Shown here: positions 24,488 to 24,915 of the stretch, piece by piece
How the letters are laid out: each line of letters begins with the position of its first letter
How positions within the stretch are numbered: the first letter of the stretch is position 1
Source: a virus
Lineage: Duplodnaviria; Caudoviricetes
IMG/VR virus record: IMGVR_UViG_3300033076_000019
Location: 1-24,915 of that record
Strand: one strand, 5' to 3'
DNA: 24,915 nucleotides
Made by a program: the position numbers and the translations under genes
The notes under the pieces: generated by a model
Databases searched by the model: none
Seen by the model: only the letters and a program-made list of their open reading frames with translations
What the model was told of the DNA's origin: nothing

Positions 24488-24915
24488 TTATCCCTTTCAG
24501 CCAGCGGATTAGCTAGGGTTTTCGTAATACGCTCATCAACTTGTTTCTCAAGTTCCTTGATGCGCCGCTGCTGCTCAAGGTCTTGCGCTCGTAGCTCTTG
24601 TATAATAGCCCGCTGAGATTGCAATGTTTCTCTCTCAGACACCTGTGTGCGTGCCGTAACGGCATCCACAGTCTGGCGCGCGCTCATGACGCTGCTGCCA
24701 AGGCTGGACGACAATGAGGCGAGGTTGTCCGAGAGATACTTGGTAGTTTCCAAGTTCATTCGGATCATGCGCTCGTTGCTGGCCTGCTGCTCTTTCATCG
24801 TATTAAACTCATCGCCCATAGAGGCGTAAGTGGCTGTCACTTCCTTCATGGTAAGGAATTGCTGGTAAACCTCGAAGCCAGCCCAAAGGGAACCAGCAGC
24901 AGTAGACAGAGCAGT
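24484..24915 (-). CDS. Membrane-anchored coiled-coil protein (5'-truncated by window edge), function unknown
   Basis: Frame is open to the window end: TALSTAAGSLWAGFEVYQQFLT-MKEVT..., followed by a long heptad-like helix ending LANPLAERDK. Confidence 0.7.
   Translation of the reverse strand, partial: TALSTAAGSLWAGFEVYQQFLTMKEVTATYASMGDEFNTMKEQQASNERMIRMNLETTKYLSDNLASLSSSLGSSVMSARQTVDAVTARTQVSERETLQSQRAIIQELRAQDLEQQRRIKELEKQVDERITKTLANPLAERDK

Noticed and set aside
1-24915. Stop-codon reassignment
   Set aside because: Genes tile the window fully under the standard code, and TAA, TAG and TGA are all used as real stops.

Overview
Fragment of a GC-rich tailed dsDNA phage (or prophage) genome with podovirus-like organisation and almost no intergenic space. 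The left end (+ strand, 1-1382) holds a 5'-truncated RecT-family annealase and a small SSB-like gene, which converge on a cUUCGg hairpin at about 1400. The rest (- strand) is one late operon. In transcription order it encodes a lysis region (membrane proteins, GH19 endolysin), a putative head-tail adaptor, a cassette of 8 tail-fibre/adhesin genes, a putative tail nozzle, and four probable internal virion (ejection) proteins of 1068, 315, 393 and 1994 aa. No terminase, portal, capsid, integrase, RNA gene or CRISPR array is visible. The most striking observation is that the 1068-aa putative ejection protein carries four tandem TonB-box-like motifs (NIIVTG, DAIVVSG, DEITVTGS, DEIVVTGS) in a low-complexity linker. 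This suggests colicin-like use of the host TonB motor during genome or protein delivery. Other signals are recurring x-[AK]-x-G-G motifs in the ejection proteins, an HExxH metallopeptidase motif in the giant protein, an EF-hand-like loop on a holin-like protein, and a shared 65-aa module with GC shifts across the fibre genes. All product calls come from motif recognition and synteny by eye; no searches were run.
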